Numbered from the stretch's first letter, positions 42,201 to 55,465 are shown. The stretch is DNA of 64,000 nucleotides from Macrostomum lignano (GCA_002269645.1 NIVC01000665.1:248001-312000), one strand, 5' to 3'. Program-made: numbers and translations. The notes: a model not told the origin generated them from the sequence alone.

Positions 42201-43497
42201 CCATGCCGAATGGTCAATTAGAAAATTACATGGTCTACCGATGGAGTTTCTCGGGTTGACCTCGGATCCCCTTCTCAGCGGGGGCCGGGAGGGATGACGC
42301 GCTGAGGAGGTGGCGAAAGTGTGCTAGAAATTGAGGAACTTCTCAAGGCAAGGGTGCAGAGAGGATCTTTCGCAACACTCCAGCATCCCAAAGCCGTTGC
42401 GCAATCTGTAGGTCAAGAATTATTATTAAATTTCTTTCCGGGATTTTAAAGTCTGGCTTGGTTTTCTCAACTCAGTTGAGACACTTGATGCACGGCTGTG
42501 GCCAAACCTTGGATTCGCTGGAGTGGCTGTTTAGTCATTTACATGGCTCTTAAAGTTGCGGCTCTAAAGGCATTGCTGAGTCACAGGTCCCACCGACTAA
42601 TATCTAAATATCAAAATTGGTAGCAAAATTTAGTAATTAAGTACTTGCATTCTGATCTACAACTGTATTAATCTGGAACTTCTCACAGTCTAATCTCATA
42701 GGCTGTCGGTTTAACCTCATACTCTCTAGTTGTATAACCTCATAGTCTCTATCTAATCTCATGCTGTCGCAGCTTTTTTCTTAGTCTCCAAATCGAGTCC
42801 TACAGTTTTCTCACACTCTAATCTTATAGTCTCACAGTGTAATCTCATGTTTCACAGTCTAATCTCACAGTCTAATCTCACATTCTCACAGTCTAATCTC
42901 ACAGTCTAATCTCACATTCTCACAGTCTAATCTCACAGTCTCACAGTCTCACAGTCTATCTGTACCGAGCAACCGCAATTCCCGCCAGGGGAGAAGCCGT
43001 TCAAATGCGAGGTCCCCGGCTGCGACCGACGCTTCGCGAACAGCTCGGACCGCAAGAAGCACATGCACGTGCACCTGAGCGAGAAGCCCTACTTCTGCCG
43101 AGTAGGCGGCTGCGACAAGTCCTACACGCATCCGAGCTCGCTGAGGAAGCACATGCGAGTGCACGAGGCCTCGGCGGCGACCGAGGAGGATGCCGACTGC
43201 GGGGACGTCGGCGTTGGCGAGCCGCAGCAGCAACCGTCGAAGAGGCTTCAGCGGGAACCAGCCGACCAAGGCAAGACCGCGTCGCCGCCACCGTCAGCCG
43301 CCCTGGACAATGCGGCCTCCTCCGCCTCGCCAGCAACCAGCGGCGTAGGCGACTGGTCCCGCAGTCCCTACGTCAAGGCGGCGGCGGCTGCCGCGGCTGC
43401 GGCGGCTGCGGCGGCTGCGGCGGCTGCGGCGGCGACCAAACAGCGGGTGTCGATGCCGCTGCCACCGGCCAGCCTGTTTGCCGCTTTTCCGTCCTGA
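39266..43497 (+). CDS. zic: Zic/odd-paired C2H2 zinc-finger transcription factor, 3 exons, about 493 aa
   Basis: Exons 39266-40043, 40540-40734, 42989-43497, both introns phase 1. Five fingers: CLW...H..VDHVGGPE...HTCYW..C....[48 protein letters not shown]^EKPFKC...[39 protein letters not shown]. Confidence 0.97.
40394..40398 (-). terminator. Pol III terminator (T5) of tRNA-Ala
   Basis: TTTTT 5 nt after the tRNA 3' end on the minus strand. Confidence 0.7.
40404..40476 (-). tRNA. tRNA-Ala (anticodon AGC)
   Basis: GGGGTACTAGCTCAAATGGTAGAGCGCTCGCTTAGCATGCGAGAGGTACAGGGATCGATGCCCTGGTACTCCA; 73 nt, paired stems, G3:U70 alanine identity pair, eukaryotic Ala T-loop GATCGAT. Confidence 0.95.
40742..41056 (+). 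repeat. 32-bp minisatellite at the start of Zic intron 2
   Basis: CAGTAGGTCACCTCTACTCCCCTTCAGTCCTT. Confidence 0.93.
41541..42087 (+). repeat. 17-bp minisatellite GTTACAGTCTAGAATTG (Zic intron 2)
   Basis: Direct reading. Confidence 0.94.
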
Positions 43498-43809
43498 GTT
43501 CGAGACTGGAATAATTTGCGTGTAGCTTGCTGACTGCAAGCGATAGTGAACTGTAATTTACTGTAAATATATTGTTTCGCTTTGGTTACAGAGTCTGTAA
43601 ATTTGGTTTATTCTATAGTTAGTCCACTACACGAGCTAAAATCGGGAACAGGTGCTGTATTTACAGTATGCTTACAGCTTCCTTTCTTTGTCGTTACAGA
43701 AATTGCATGGTTCCTCCCCGCTCCAGGGCCCCCACTCTGCTACTTGAAATAATAATAACCACTGCTTCTAAACTTGAAGCATTTGTCTGTGCTAGTAAAT
43801 TTTGCAGGC

Positions 43810-44362
43810 TTGTGGGAAGACTGGCGCCCCACCCTGCTGGAGATTGGCGCCCCACCCTGCTGGAGATTGGCGCCCCACCCTGCTGAAGACTGGCGCCCCA
43901 ACTTGCTGGAGATTGGCGCCCCAACTTGCTGGAGATTGGCGCCCCACCTTGCTGGAGATTGGCGCCCCACCTTGCTGGAGATTGGCGCCCCACCTTGCTG
44001 AAGATTGGCGCCCCACCCTGCTGAAGACTGGCGCCCCACCCTGCTGAAGACTGGCGCCCCAACTTGCTGGAGATTGGCGCCCCAACTTGCTGAAGACTGG
44101 CGCCCCACCCTGCTGAAGACTGGCGCCCCAACTTGCTGGAGATTGGCGCCCCAACTTGCTGAATACTGGCGCCCCACCTTGCTGAAGATTGGCGCCCCAC
44201 CCTCCTGAAAACTGGCGCCCCACCCTGCTGGAGATTGGCGCCCCACCCTGCTGGAGATTGGCGCCCCACCCTGCTGAAGACTGGCGCCCCAACTTGCTGG
44301 AGATTGGCGCCCCAACTTGCTGGAGATTGGCGCCCCACCTTGCTGGAGATTGGCGCCCCAAC
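43810..44362 (+). repeat. 23-bp minisatellite GGAGATTGGCGCCCCACCTTGCT
   Basis: Direct reading. Confidence 0.94.
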
Positions 44363-44391
44363 ATTCTTGAAGCTTAGCACCGGCCTAAAAT

Positions 44392-45168
44392 AGAGATTGG
44401 CTCCCCAGCTTCTATAGAGATTGGCGCCTCACCTACAATAGAGATTGGCGCCTCACCTACAATAGATATTGGCGCCTCACCTATAATAGATATTGGCGCA
44501 CCAGCTACTATAGATATTGACGCTCCAGCTACTATTGAGATTAGCGCTCCAGCTACTATAGATATTGGCGCACAAGCTACTGTAGAGATTGGCGCACCAG
44601 CTACAATAGAGATTGGCGCACCAGCTACTATAGATATTGGCGCACCAGCTACAATAGAGATTGGCGCACCAGCTACAATAGATATTGGCGCACCAGCTAC
44701 AATAGATATTGGCGCACCAGCTACAATAGAGATTAGCGCACCAGCTACTGTAGAGATTGGCGCACCAGCTACTATAGAGATTGGCGCTCCAGCTACTATA
44801 GAGATTGGCGCTCCAGCTACTATAGATATTGGCGCACCAGCTACTATAGATATTGGCGCACCAGCTACTGTAGAGATTGGCGCACCAGCTACTATAGATA
44901 TTGGCGCACCAGCTACTGTAGAGATTGGCGCACCAGCTACTGTAGAGATTGGCGCACCAGCTACTATAGATATTGGCGCACCAGCTACTGTAGAGATTGG
45001 CGCACCAGCTACTATAGAGATTGGCGCACCAGCTACTATAGATATTGGCGCACCAGCTACTGTAGAGATTGGCGCACCAGCTACTATAGATATTGGCGCA
45101 CCAGCTACTGTAGAGATTGGCGCACCAGCTACTGTAGAGATTGGCGCACCAGCTACTATAGATATTGG
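44392..45168 (+). repeat. 24-bp minisatellite ATAGAGATTGGCGCACCAGCTACT
   Basis: Direct reading; source of the (ISIVAGAP)n pseudo-ORF. Confidence 0.94.
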
Positions 45169-45669
45169 CAGTGTAAGCTGTTCAATGGAGCGCGATATTT
45201 TTCCTACTCCAAAAAAAGGTTCCCTACAAGCTTTGGCGCTGGTTTGCAATCGAAGCCCTCGGGCACATTAAAACAATTTTTTCTATTGAAGAATTGTTTT
45301 CGCTGGTCTGCAGCCAGACCGACCTGATGTCGCTTACTGATAAAACGTTGGCTTTTCAGATAAGACTGGCTTGTTTTTTTCTAATACCAATTGACCAGAA
45401 AAAACTGATGAACAAAGACAGGTATCAGGAATTATTGGTAATCAAGTCCGGCAGGCTTTCTAAACTCGAACAGAGATTTGATCGACATAGCTGATCAACA
45501 TGCTGCTAGAAATTGCTTCGGGCAAATGTTGAAAATGTTCGAAATTCCGAAACTCTGAGGAATTCCGATCTTCAATTGGTCACGGAATTTTTCCATTGTT
45601 TAGTTAGTGAGGCTAATGGGCAGCGCCATCAGATAAATCAGCTACCTGCTTCCACTGGTGTCATGATAG

Positions 45670-46298
45670 AGAATGGCTACACTGATTTTACCTGTTAGAC
45701 ACTGATTTTACCTGTTAGACACTGATTTCACCTGTTAGACACTGATTTCGCTTGTTAGACACTGATTTTACCTGTTAGACACTGATTTTACCTGTTAGAC
45801 ACTGATTTCGCTTGTTAGACACTGATTTCGCTTGTTAGACACTGATTTCGCTTGTTAGACACTGATTCCACCTGTTAGACACTGATTTCGCTTGTTAGAC
45901 ACTGATTTCACCTGTTAGACACTGATTTCACCTGTTAGACACTGATTTCGCTTGTTAGACACTGATTTTGCTTGTTAGACACTGATTTCGCTTGTTAGAC
46001 ACTGATTTCACCTGTTAGACACTGATTTCACCTGTTAGACACTGATTTCGCTTGTTAGACACTGATTTTACCTGTTAGACACTGATTTCGCTTGTTAGAC
46101 ACTGATTTCGCTTGTTAGACACTGATTCCACCTGTTAGACACTGATTTCGCTTGTTAGACACTGATTTTACCTGTTAGACACTGATTTCGCTTGTTAGAC
46201 ACTGATTTTACCTGTTAGACACTGATTTCGCTTGTTAGACACTGATTTCACCTGTTAGACACTGATTTCACCTGTTAGACACTGATTTCACCTGTTAG
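45670..46298 (+). repeat. 20-bp minisatellite GACACTGATTTCGCTTGTTA
   Basis: Direct reading. Confidence 0.95.
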
Positions 46299-46825
46299 CC
46301 AGCGATAACAAATCTCAATCTTTATTGATCACCCGCTAAAAAATAATTAACCTCGAACTGGTTGCTGTATTCCCGAGGCGCATAAATATGGGATCAGTAA
46401 ATATGGGAACAGCGGTAAGCCACTACGGGTGCAGGTGGGGATAAGTTCGAAAATAAACACGGAAGGCCGCGGGCACAGGGGGGGGGGTTGCACAAGAATC
46501 TGCATCCCTTCGGCAGGTGACTGCTGCCCAGAAGATATCCCAGCGCCTGTCAATCAGTGCTGGCAGACTGCCGGAGAGCAAGCGTGAACTCCCTCATCAT
46601 TTTTTCTGGGAGTCTGCAGAGCTTATAGAATGGGATAAATTTCCCCCAACGCAGTAGAAATTGGCGCCCAAGCGGGGATTTCGGTGGCTGGCGGGCGGAT
46701 GATGGACACCTCCATCCAGGATAAACAGGACCTGTGGGGTCTGTTTAAAAAATAACACAGGCAGCCCAGCCCCACGGCCGAGCTAAAAGAAGACACTAAA
46801 AGAAGTTCTCAATCCTTTCACAGCA

Positions 46826-47475
46826 TATTCTATCCATCTGTATTCTATCCATCTGTATTCTATCCATCTGTATTCTATCCATCTGTATTCTATCCATCTG
46901 TATTCTATCCATCTGTATTCTATCCATCTGTATTCTATCCATCTGTATTCTATCCATCTGTATTCTATCCATCTGTATTCTATCCATCTGTATTCTATCC
47001 ATCTGTATTCTATCCATCTGTATTCTATCCATCTGTATTCTATCCATCTGTATTCTATCCATCTGTATTCTATCCATCTGTATTCCATCCATCTGTATTC
47101 TATCCATCTGTATTCTATCCATCTGTATTCTATCCATCTGTATTCTATCCATCTGCATTTTATCCATCTGTATTCTATCCATCTGCATTTTATCCATCTG
47201 TATTCTATCCATCTGTATTCTATCCATCTGTATTCTATCCATCTGTATTCTATCCATCTGTATTCTATCCATCTGTATTCTATCCATCTGTATTTTATCC
47301 ATCTGTATTCTATCCATCTGTATTCTATCCATCTGTATTCCATCCATCTGTATTCTATCCATCTGTATTCTATCCATCTGTATTCTATCCATCTGTATTC
47401 TATCTATTTGTATTCTATCCATCTGTATTCTATCCATCTGTATTCTATCTATGTGTATTCTATCCATCTGTATTT
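46826..47475 (+). repeat. 15-bp minisatellite ATTCTATCCATCTGT
   Basis: Direct reading. Confidence 0.95.
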
Positions 47476-48014
47476 TATCTGTTATATCCTCATTCTATCC
47501 ATTCTATCCTCATTATATCCGTTCTATTCTCAGTCTATCCATTCTATCCACATTCTATCCATTTTGTTTGCATTTTATCCGTTCATCCTCATTCTAATCA
47601 CTATATATGTGCATGTGCATGGCAGTGCCTAAGCGGCAAACCAGCTGTCCAAATCTTCATTCTATTGGAATCATCCTAAGAAGGAATGCTTTCCAGGTCC
47701 CTATTCGACCAAGTGTGAAAACATTTTGTTATTCCGCATAGCTACAAGGATCCTCCTATAATGGCAACAGGCAACTGGCATATCTGTGGAATATTGACAC
47801 ACACGGCTGTGAGGCCTGAACGAACGGTCGCTGCCCCTAAATGGCTGACATTTTCCAACTGATAGTGGACTGCAGACACAGCCAAATGGAATCTTTCATT
47901 TTCCAGGCGTGCGGCGGATTCACAAGATTTTTTTCGGGTTTGGGTGGTGGGGGGGGGGGGTTGACTCCCCTTACCCCGTGTCCGCTCCTCTGCCAGGGGG
48001 GAGTCAGTTCTCGT

Positions 48015-48920
48015 GGAAGTCACTCACAGCGGGGTGCCCCAACGGGGGGCCTCTCGTTTGCCTGCAGAGGAAGTCAAGGAGATCCCTGAACCAGATCTGG
48101 CGCTTCACCTTGTTGAAGATTGGCGCCCCACCTTGCTGAAGATTTGCGCCCCACCTTCTTGAAGATTGGCGCCCCACCTTGCTGAAGATTGGCGCCCCAC
48201 CTTCTTGAAGATTGGCGCTCGACCTTCTTGAAGATTGGCGGTCGACCTTCTTGAAGATTGGCGCTCGACCTTCTTGAAGATTGGCGCTCGACCTTCTTGA
48301 AGATTGGCGGTCGACCTTCTTGAAGATTGGCGCTCGACCTTCTTGAAGACTGGCGCCCTACCTTGTTGAAAATTTGAAAATCTTCTGTCAAAACCAGTTC
48401 GCTCGGTAATCTCTGGGATTTCGGTGTAATGGGATGCGTAGAAGTGAGTAAGCTTCCAAATGAGGAAGTGAGGAAGTCACTCACAGCGGGGTGCCCCAAC
48501 GGGGGGCCTCTCGTTTGCCTGCAGAGGAAGTCAAGAAGATCCCTGAACCAGATCTGGCGCTTCACCTTGTTGAAGATTGGCGCCCCACCTTGCTGAAGAT
48601 TTGCGCCCCACCTTCTTGAAGATTGGCGCCCCACCTTGCTGAAGATTGGCGCCCCACCTTCTTGAAGATTGGCGCTCGACCTTCTTGAAGATTGGCGGTC
48701 GACCTTCTTGAAGATTGGCGCTCGACCTTCTTGAAGATTGGCGCTCGACCTTCTTGAAGATTGGCGGTCGACCTTCTTGAAGATTGGCGCTCGACCTTCT
48801 TGAAGACTGGCGCCCTACCTTGTTGAAAATTTGAAAATCTTCTGTCAAAACCAGTTCGCTCGGTAATCTCTGGGATTTCGGTGTAATGGGATGCGTAGAA
48901 GTGAGTAAGCTTCCAAATGA
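48015..48920 (+). repeat. Tandem duplication with 457-bp period containing 23-bp GAAGATTGGCGC repeats
   Basis: 48015-48463 versus 48472-48920; only one substitution seen by eye. Confidence 0.9.
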
Positions 48921-49344
48921 ACCAAACTTAAAAGTATTGATTATGATAAATTTTATAAAATACAAACACAATAACTTCGGCTTCCCAGATTCCAGTTCAG
49001 TTCCCCTCGGCCCAGCCCCCCCCCCGCGTCAATCTTTGCTTTTCAACTGAAAGCGAAATCGCAAGAATGCCTTCAGTAGTTATCTGCGCCGTCAAATCAA
49101 GCGGCAGCCTCGCTAATGGGCCGTGAGGACAAGGACCTCAGTTAGACGTGGATGTCTCTGGACTGAGCCATGGACGTTTTGGAACCCCTGGACTGGAATG
49201 CAAGTCGGAAACTTCTTAAATTTCGATAAAAAATGTAAAATGACATGCAGAATTTTTTCATAGTTGGGAAGTGAAATTGAAATTTAATTTCAATCCTGAA
49301 ATTATTTTTGATGCTCTGTGACGTGTATACCAGCTGATGTGATG

Positions 49345-52300
49345 TCCAGTCGATGCCAGTAGCGCCCATTTGATCCCAGTAGCCCCATTTGATCCCAGTA
49401 GCCCCATTTGATCCCAGTAGCGCCCAGTTGATCCCAGTAGCGCCCAGTTGATCCCAGTAGCGCCCAGTTGATTCCAGTAGCGCCCAGTTGGTCTCAGTAG
49501 CGCCCAGTTGATCTCAGTAGCGCCCAGTTGATCCCAGTAGCGTCCAGTAGATCCCAGTAGCGCCCAGTTGATCCCAGTAGCGCCCAGTTGATGCCAGTAG
49601 CGCCCAGTAGATCCCAGTAGCGCCCAGTTGATCCCAGTAGCGCCCAGTTGATCCCAGTAGCGCCCAGTTGATTCCAGTAGCGAGCGCCCAGTTGATTCCA
49701 GTAGCGCCAAGTTGATCCCAGTAGCGCCCAGTAGATCCCAGTAGCGCCCAGTTGATTCCAGTAGCGAGCGCCCAGTTGATTCCAGTAGCGCCAAGTTGAT
49801 CCCAGTAGCGCCCAGTTGATCCCAGTAGCGCCCAGTTGATCCCAGTAGCGCCCAGTTGATCCCAGTAGCGCCCAGTTGATCCCAGTAGCGCCCAGTTGAT
49901 GCCAGTAGCGCCCAGTTGATCCCAGTAGCGCCCAGTTGATCCCAGTAGCGCGCCCAGTAGATCCCAGTAGCGCCCAGTAGATCCCAGTAGCGTCCAGTAG
50001 ATCCCAGTAGCGCCCAGTTGATGCCAGTAGCGTCCAGTAGATCCCAGTAGCGCCCAGTTGATGCCAGTAGCGCCCAGTTGATCCCAGTAGCGCCCAGTTG
50101 ATGCCAGTAGCGCCCAGTTGATCCCAGTAGCGCCCAGTTGATCTCAGTAGCACCAAGTTGATGCCAGTAGCGCCCAGTTGATCCCAGTAGCGCCCAGTTG
50201 ATCCCAGTAGCGCCCAGTTGATCCCAGTAGCGCCCAGTTGATTCCAGTAGCGAGCGCCCAGTTGATTCCAGTAGCGCCAAGTTGATCCCAGTAGCGCCCA
50301 GTTGATCCCAGTAGCGCCCAGTTGATCCCAGTAGCGCCCAGTTGATCCCAGTAGCGCCCAGTTGATCCCAGTAGCGCCCAGTTGATGCCAGTAGCGCCCA
50401 GTTGATCCCAGTAGCGCCCAGTTGATCCCAGTAGCGCGCCCAGTAGATCCCAGTAGCGCCCAGTAGATCCCAGTAGCGCCCAGTAGATCCCAGTAGCGCC
50501 CAGTTAATCCCAGTAGCGCCCAGTTGATGCCAGTAGCGCCCAGTTGATCCCAGTAGCGCCCAGTTGATCTCAGTAGCACCAAGTTGAATCCAGTTGATCC
50601 CAGTAGTGCCCAGTTGATCCCAGTAGCGCGCCCAGTAGATCCCAGTAGCGCCCAGTAGATCCCAGTAGCGCCCAGTAGATCCCAGTAGCGCCCAATTGAT
50701 GCCAGTAGCGCCCAATTGATGCCAGTAGCGCCCAGTTGATGCCAGTAGCGCCCAGTTAATCCCAGTAGCGCCAAGTTGATCCCAGTTGATCCCAGTAGTG
50801 CCCAGTTGATCCCAGTAGCGCCAAGTTGATTCCAGTTGATCCCAGTAGCGCCCAGTTGATCCCAGTAGCGCCAAGTTGATCCCAGTTGATCCTAGTTGAT
50901 CCCAGTAGCGCCCAGTTGATCCCAGTAGCGCCAAGTTGATTCCAGTTGATCCCAGTAGCGCCCAGTTGATCCCAGTAGCGCCAAGTTGATCCCAGTTGAT
51001 CCCAGTAGCGCCCAGTTGATCCCAGTAGCGCCCAGTTGATCCCAATAGCGCCCAGTTGATCCCAATAGCGCCCAGTTGATCCAGTAGCGCCCAGTTGATC
51101 CAGTAGCGCCCAGTTGATCCCAATAGCGCCCAGTTGATCCAGTAGCGCCAAGTTGATCCCAATAGCGCCCAGTTGATCCCAATAGCGCCCAGTTGATCCA
51201 GTAGCGCCCAGTTGATCCCAATAGCGCCCAGTTGATCCCAATAGCGCCCAGTTGATCCCAATAGCGCCCAGTTGATCCAGTAGCGCCCAGTTGATCCCAA
51301 TAGCGCCCAGTTGATCCCAATAGCGCCCAGTTGATCCAGTAGCGCCAAGTTGATCCCAATAGCGCCCAGTTGATCCCAATAGCGCCCAGTTGATCCAGTA
51401 GCGCCCAGTTGATCCCAATAGCGCCCAGTTGATCCCAGTAGCGCCCAGTTGATCCCAATAGCGCCCAGTTGATCCAGTAGCGCCCAGTTGATCCCAGTAG
51501 CGCCCAGTTGATCCAGTAGCGCCCAGTTGATCCCAGTAGCGCCCAGTTGATCCAGTAGCGCCCAGTTGATCCCAATAGCGCCCAGTTGATCCAGTAGCGC
51601 CCAGTTGATCCCAATAGCGCCCAGTTGATCCAGTAGCGCCCAGTTGATCCCAATAGCGCCCAGTTGATCCAGTAGCGCCCAGTTGATCCCAGTAGCGCCC
51701 AGTTGATCCAGTAGCGCCCAGTTGATCCCAATAGCGCCCAGTTGATCCAGTAGCGCCCAGTTGATCCCAGTAGCGCCCAGTTGATCCAGTAGCGCCCAGT
51801 TGATCCCAATAGCGCCCAGTTGATCCAGTAGCGCCCAGTTGATCCCAATAGCGCCCAGTTGATCCAGTAGCGCCCAGTTGATCCCAATAGCGCCCAGTTG
51901 ATCCAGTAGCGCCCAGTTGATCCCAGTAGCGCCCAGTTGATCCAGTAGCGCCCAGTTGATCCCAATAGCGCCCAGTTGATCCAGTAGCGCCCAGTTGATC
52001 CCAATAGCGCCCAGTTGATCCAGTAGCGCCCAGTTGATCCCAATAGCGCCCAGTTGATCCAGTAGCGCCCAGTTGATCCCAGTAGCGCCCAGTTGATCCA
52101 GTAGCGCCCAGTTGATCCCAATAGCGCCCAGTTGATCCAGTAGCGCCCAGTTGATCCCAGTAGCGCCCAGTTGATCCAGTAGCGCCCAGTTGATCCCAGT
52201 AGCGCCCAGTTGATCCAGTAGCGCCCAGTTGATCCCAATAGCGCCCAGTTGATCCAGTAGCGCCCAGTTGATCCCAATAGCGCCCAGTTGATCCAGTAGC

Positions 52301-55216
52301 GCCCAGTTGATCCCAGTAGCGCCCAGTTGATCCAGTAGCGCCCAGTTGATCCCAGTAGCGCCCAGTTGATCCAGTAGCGCCCAGTTGATCCCAATAGCGC
52401 CCAGTTGATCCAGTAGCGCCCAGTTGATCCCAATAGCGCCCAGTTGATCCAGTAGCGCCCAGTTGATCCCAGTAGCGCCCAGTTGATCCAGTAGCGCCCA
52501 GTTGATCCCAATAGCGCCCAGTTGATCCAGTAGCGCCCAGTTGATCCCAATAGCGCCCAGTTGATCCAGTAGCGCCCAGTTGATCCCAATAGCGCCCAGT
52601 TGATCCAGTAGCGCCCAGTTGATCCCAATAGCGCCCAGTTGATCCAGTAGCGCCCAGTTGATCCCAGTAGCGCCCAGTTGATCCAGTAGCGCCCAGTTGA
52701 TCCCAGTAGCGCCCAGTTGATCCAGTAGCGCCCAGTTGATCCCAATAGCGCCCAGTTGATCCAGTAGCGCCCAGTTGATCCCAATAGCGCCCAGTTGATC
52801 CAGTAGCGCCCAGTTGATCCCAATAGCGCCCAGTTGATCCAGTAGCGCCCAGTTGATCCCAGTAGCGCCCAGTTGATCCAGTAGCGCCCAGTTGATCCCA
52901 GTAGCGCCCAGTTGATCCAGTAGCGCCCAGTTGATCCAGTAGCGCCCAGTTGATCCCAATAGCGCCCAGTTGATCCAGTAGCGCCCAGTTGATCCCAATA
53001 GCGCCCAGTTGATCCAGTAGCGCCCAGTTGATCCCAATAGCGCCCAGTTGATCCAGTAGCGCCCAGTTGATCCCAGTAGCGCCCAGTTGATCCAGTAGCG
53101 CCCAGTTGATCCCAATAGCGCCCAGTTGATCCAGTAGCGCCCAGTTGATCCCAATAGCGCCCAGTTGATCCAGTAGCGCCCAGTTGATCCCAATAGCGCC
53201 CAGTTGATCCAGTAGCGCCCAGTTGATCCCAATAGCGCCCAGTTGATCCCAGTAGCGCCCAGTTGATCGCAGTAGCGCCCAGTTGATCCAGTAGCGCCCA
53301 GTTGATCCCAATAGCGCCCAGTTGATCCAGTAGCGCCCAGTTGATCCCAATAGCGCCCAGTTGATCCAGTAGCGCCCAGTTGATCCCAATAGCGCCCAGT
53401 TGATCCAGTAGCGCCCAGTTGATCCCAATAGCGCCCAGTTGATCCAGTAGCGCCCAGTTGATCCCAGTAGCGCCCAGTTGATCCAGTAGCGCCCAGTTGA
53501 TCCCAGTAGCGCCCAGTTGATCCAGTAGCGCCCAGTTGATCCCAATAGCGCCCAGTTGATCCAGTAGCGCCCAGTTGATCCCAATAGCGCCCAGTTGATC
53601 CAGTAGCGCCCAGTTGATCCCAATAGCGCCCAGTTGATCCAGTAGCGCCCAGTTGATCCCAGTAGCGCCCAGTTGATCCAGTAGCGCCCAGTTGATCCAG
53701 TAGCGCCCAGTTGATCCAGTAGCGCCCAGTTGATCCAGTAGCGCCCAGTTGATCCCAATAGCGCCCAGTTGATCCAGTAGCGCCCAGTTGATCCAGTAGC
53801 GCCCAGTAGATCCCAGTAGCGCCCAGTTGATCCAGTAGCGCCCAGTTGATCCAGTAGCGCCCAGTTGATCCCAATAGCGCCCAGTTGATCCAGTAGCGCC
53901 CAGTTGATCCAGTAGCGCCCAGTTGATCCAGTAGCGCCCAGTTGATCCAGTAGCGCCCAGTTGATCCCAATAGCGCCCAGTTGATCCAGTAGCGCCCAGT
54001 TGATCCCAATAGCGCCCAGTTGATCCAGTAGCGCCCAGTTGATCCCAATAGCGCCCAGTTGATCCAGTAGCGCCCAGTTGATCCCAGTAGCGCCCAGTTG
54101 ATCCAGTAGCGCCCAGTTGATCCCAATAGCGCCCAGTTGATCCAGTAGCGCCCAGTTGATCCCAATAGCGCCCAGTTGATCCAGTAGCGCCCAGTTGATC
54201 CCAATAGCGCCCAGTTGATCCAGTAGCGCCCAGTTGATCCCAATAGCGCCCAGTTGATCCAGTAGCGCCCAGTTGATCCCAATAGCGCCCAGTTGATCCA
54301 GTAGCGCCCAGTTGATCCCAATAGCGCCCAGTTGATCCAGTAGCGCCCAGTTGATCCCAGTAGCGCCCAGTTGATCCCAATAGCGCCCAGTTGATCCAGT
54401 AGCGCCCAGTTGATCCCAGTAGCGCCCAGTTGATCCCAATAGCGCCCAGTTGATCCAGTAGCGCCCAGTAGATCCAGTAGCGCCCAGTTGATCCCAATAG
54501 CGCCCAGTTGATCCCAGTAGCGCCCAGTTGATCCAGTAGCGCCCAGTTGATCCCAGTAGCGCCCAGTTGATCCAGTAGCGCCCAGTTGATCCCAATAGCG
54601 CCCAGTTGATCCAGTAGCGCCCAGTTGATCCCAATAGCGCCCAGTTGATCCAGTAGCGCCCAGTTGATCCCAATAGCGCCCAGTTGATCCAGTAGCGCCC
54701 AGTTGATCCCAATAGCGCCCAGTTGATCCAGTAGCGCCCAGTTGATCCCAATAGCGCCCAGTTGATCCAGTAGCGCCCAGTTGATCCCAATAGCGCCCAG
54801 TTGATCCAGTAGCGCCCAGTTGATCCCAATAGCGCCCAGTTGATCCAGTAGCGCCCAGTTGATCCCAATAGCGCCCAGTTGATCCAGTAGCGCCCAGTTG
54901 ATCCCAGTAGCGCCCAGTTGATCCCAATAGCGCCCAGTTGATCCAGTAGCGCCCAGTTGATCCCAGTAGCGCCCAGTTGATCCCAATAGCGCCCAGTTGA
55001 TCCAGTAGCGCCCAGTTGATCCAGTAGCGCCCAGTTGATCCAGTAGCGCCCAGTTGATCCCAATAGCGCCCAGTTGATCCAGTAGCGCCCAGTTGATCCC
55101 AGTAGCGCCCAGTTGATCCCAATAGCGCCCAGTTGATCCAGTAGCGCCCAGTTGATCCCAGTAGCGCCCAGTTGATCCCAATAGCGCCCAGTTGATCCAG
55201 TAGCGCCCAGTTGATC
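49345..55216 (+). repeat. 5.9-kb satellite: 20-bp CCCAGTAGCGCCCAGTTGAT monomers, then 39-bp dimers
   Basis: Direct reading; source of the 1400-1950 aa pseudo-ORFs. Confidence 0.97.
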
Positions 55217-55465
55217 CGAAGCTTACTACTTTAACCAGTAGCACTGGAAACATCGAATGCTACGATATTTTAGGCAATATTTATGTTCAATTTTATTTGA
55301 TCAAATATTTTTCCGCAGTTTTCTCCATGGCAGATAAGCTATTACTGCAATAAATTATGAAATTTATTGTTCGAAGGGATAATAAAACTTACATAATCTG
55401 GGATAAATTCTTTATCGATTAATCAGCTGGTTGCTAAAGGCGTAGGTTGTTAATATTATTGATTT

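Noticed and set aside
43005-43514. Alternative 169-aa ORF overlapping Zic exon 3
   Set aside because: Shadow frame of a GC-rich exon; the zinc-finger frame is fixed by the conserved HTG^EKP intron.
49258-55253. 1954, 1453, 1435 and 426 aa ORFs
   Set aside because: They are translations of a satellite whose minus strand has almost no stop codons in any frame; no splice or start context.
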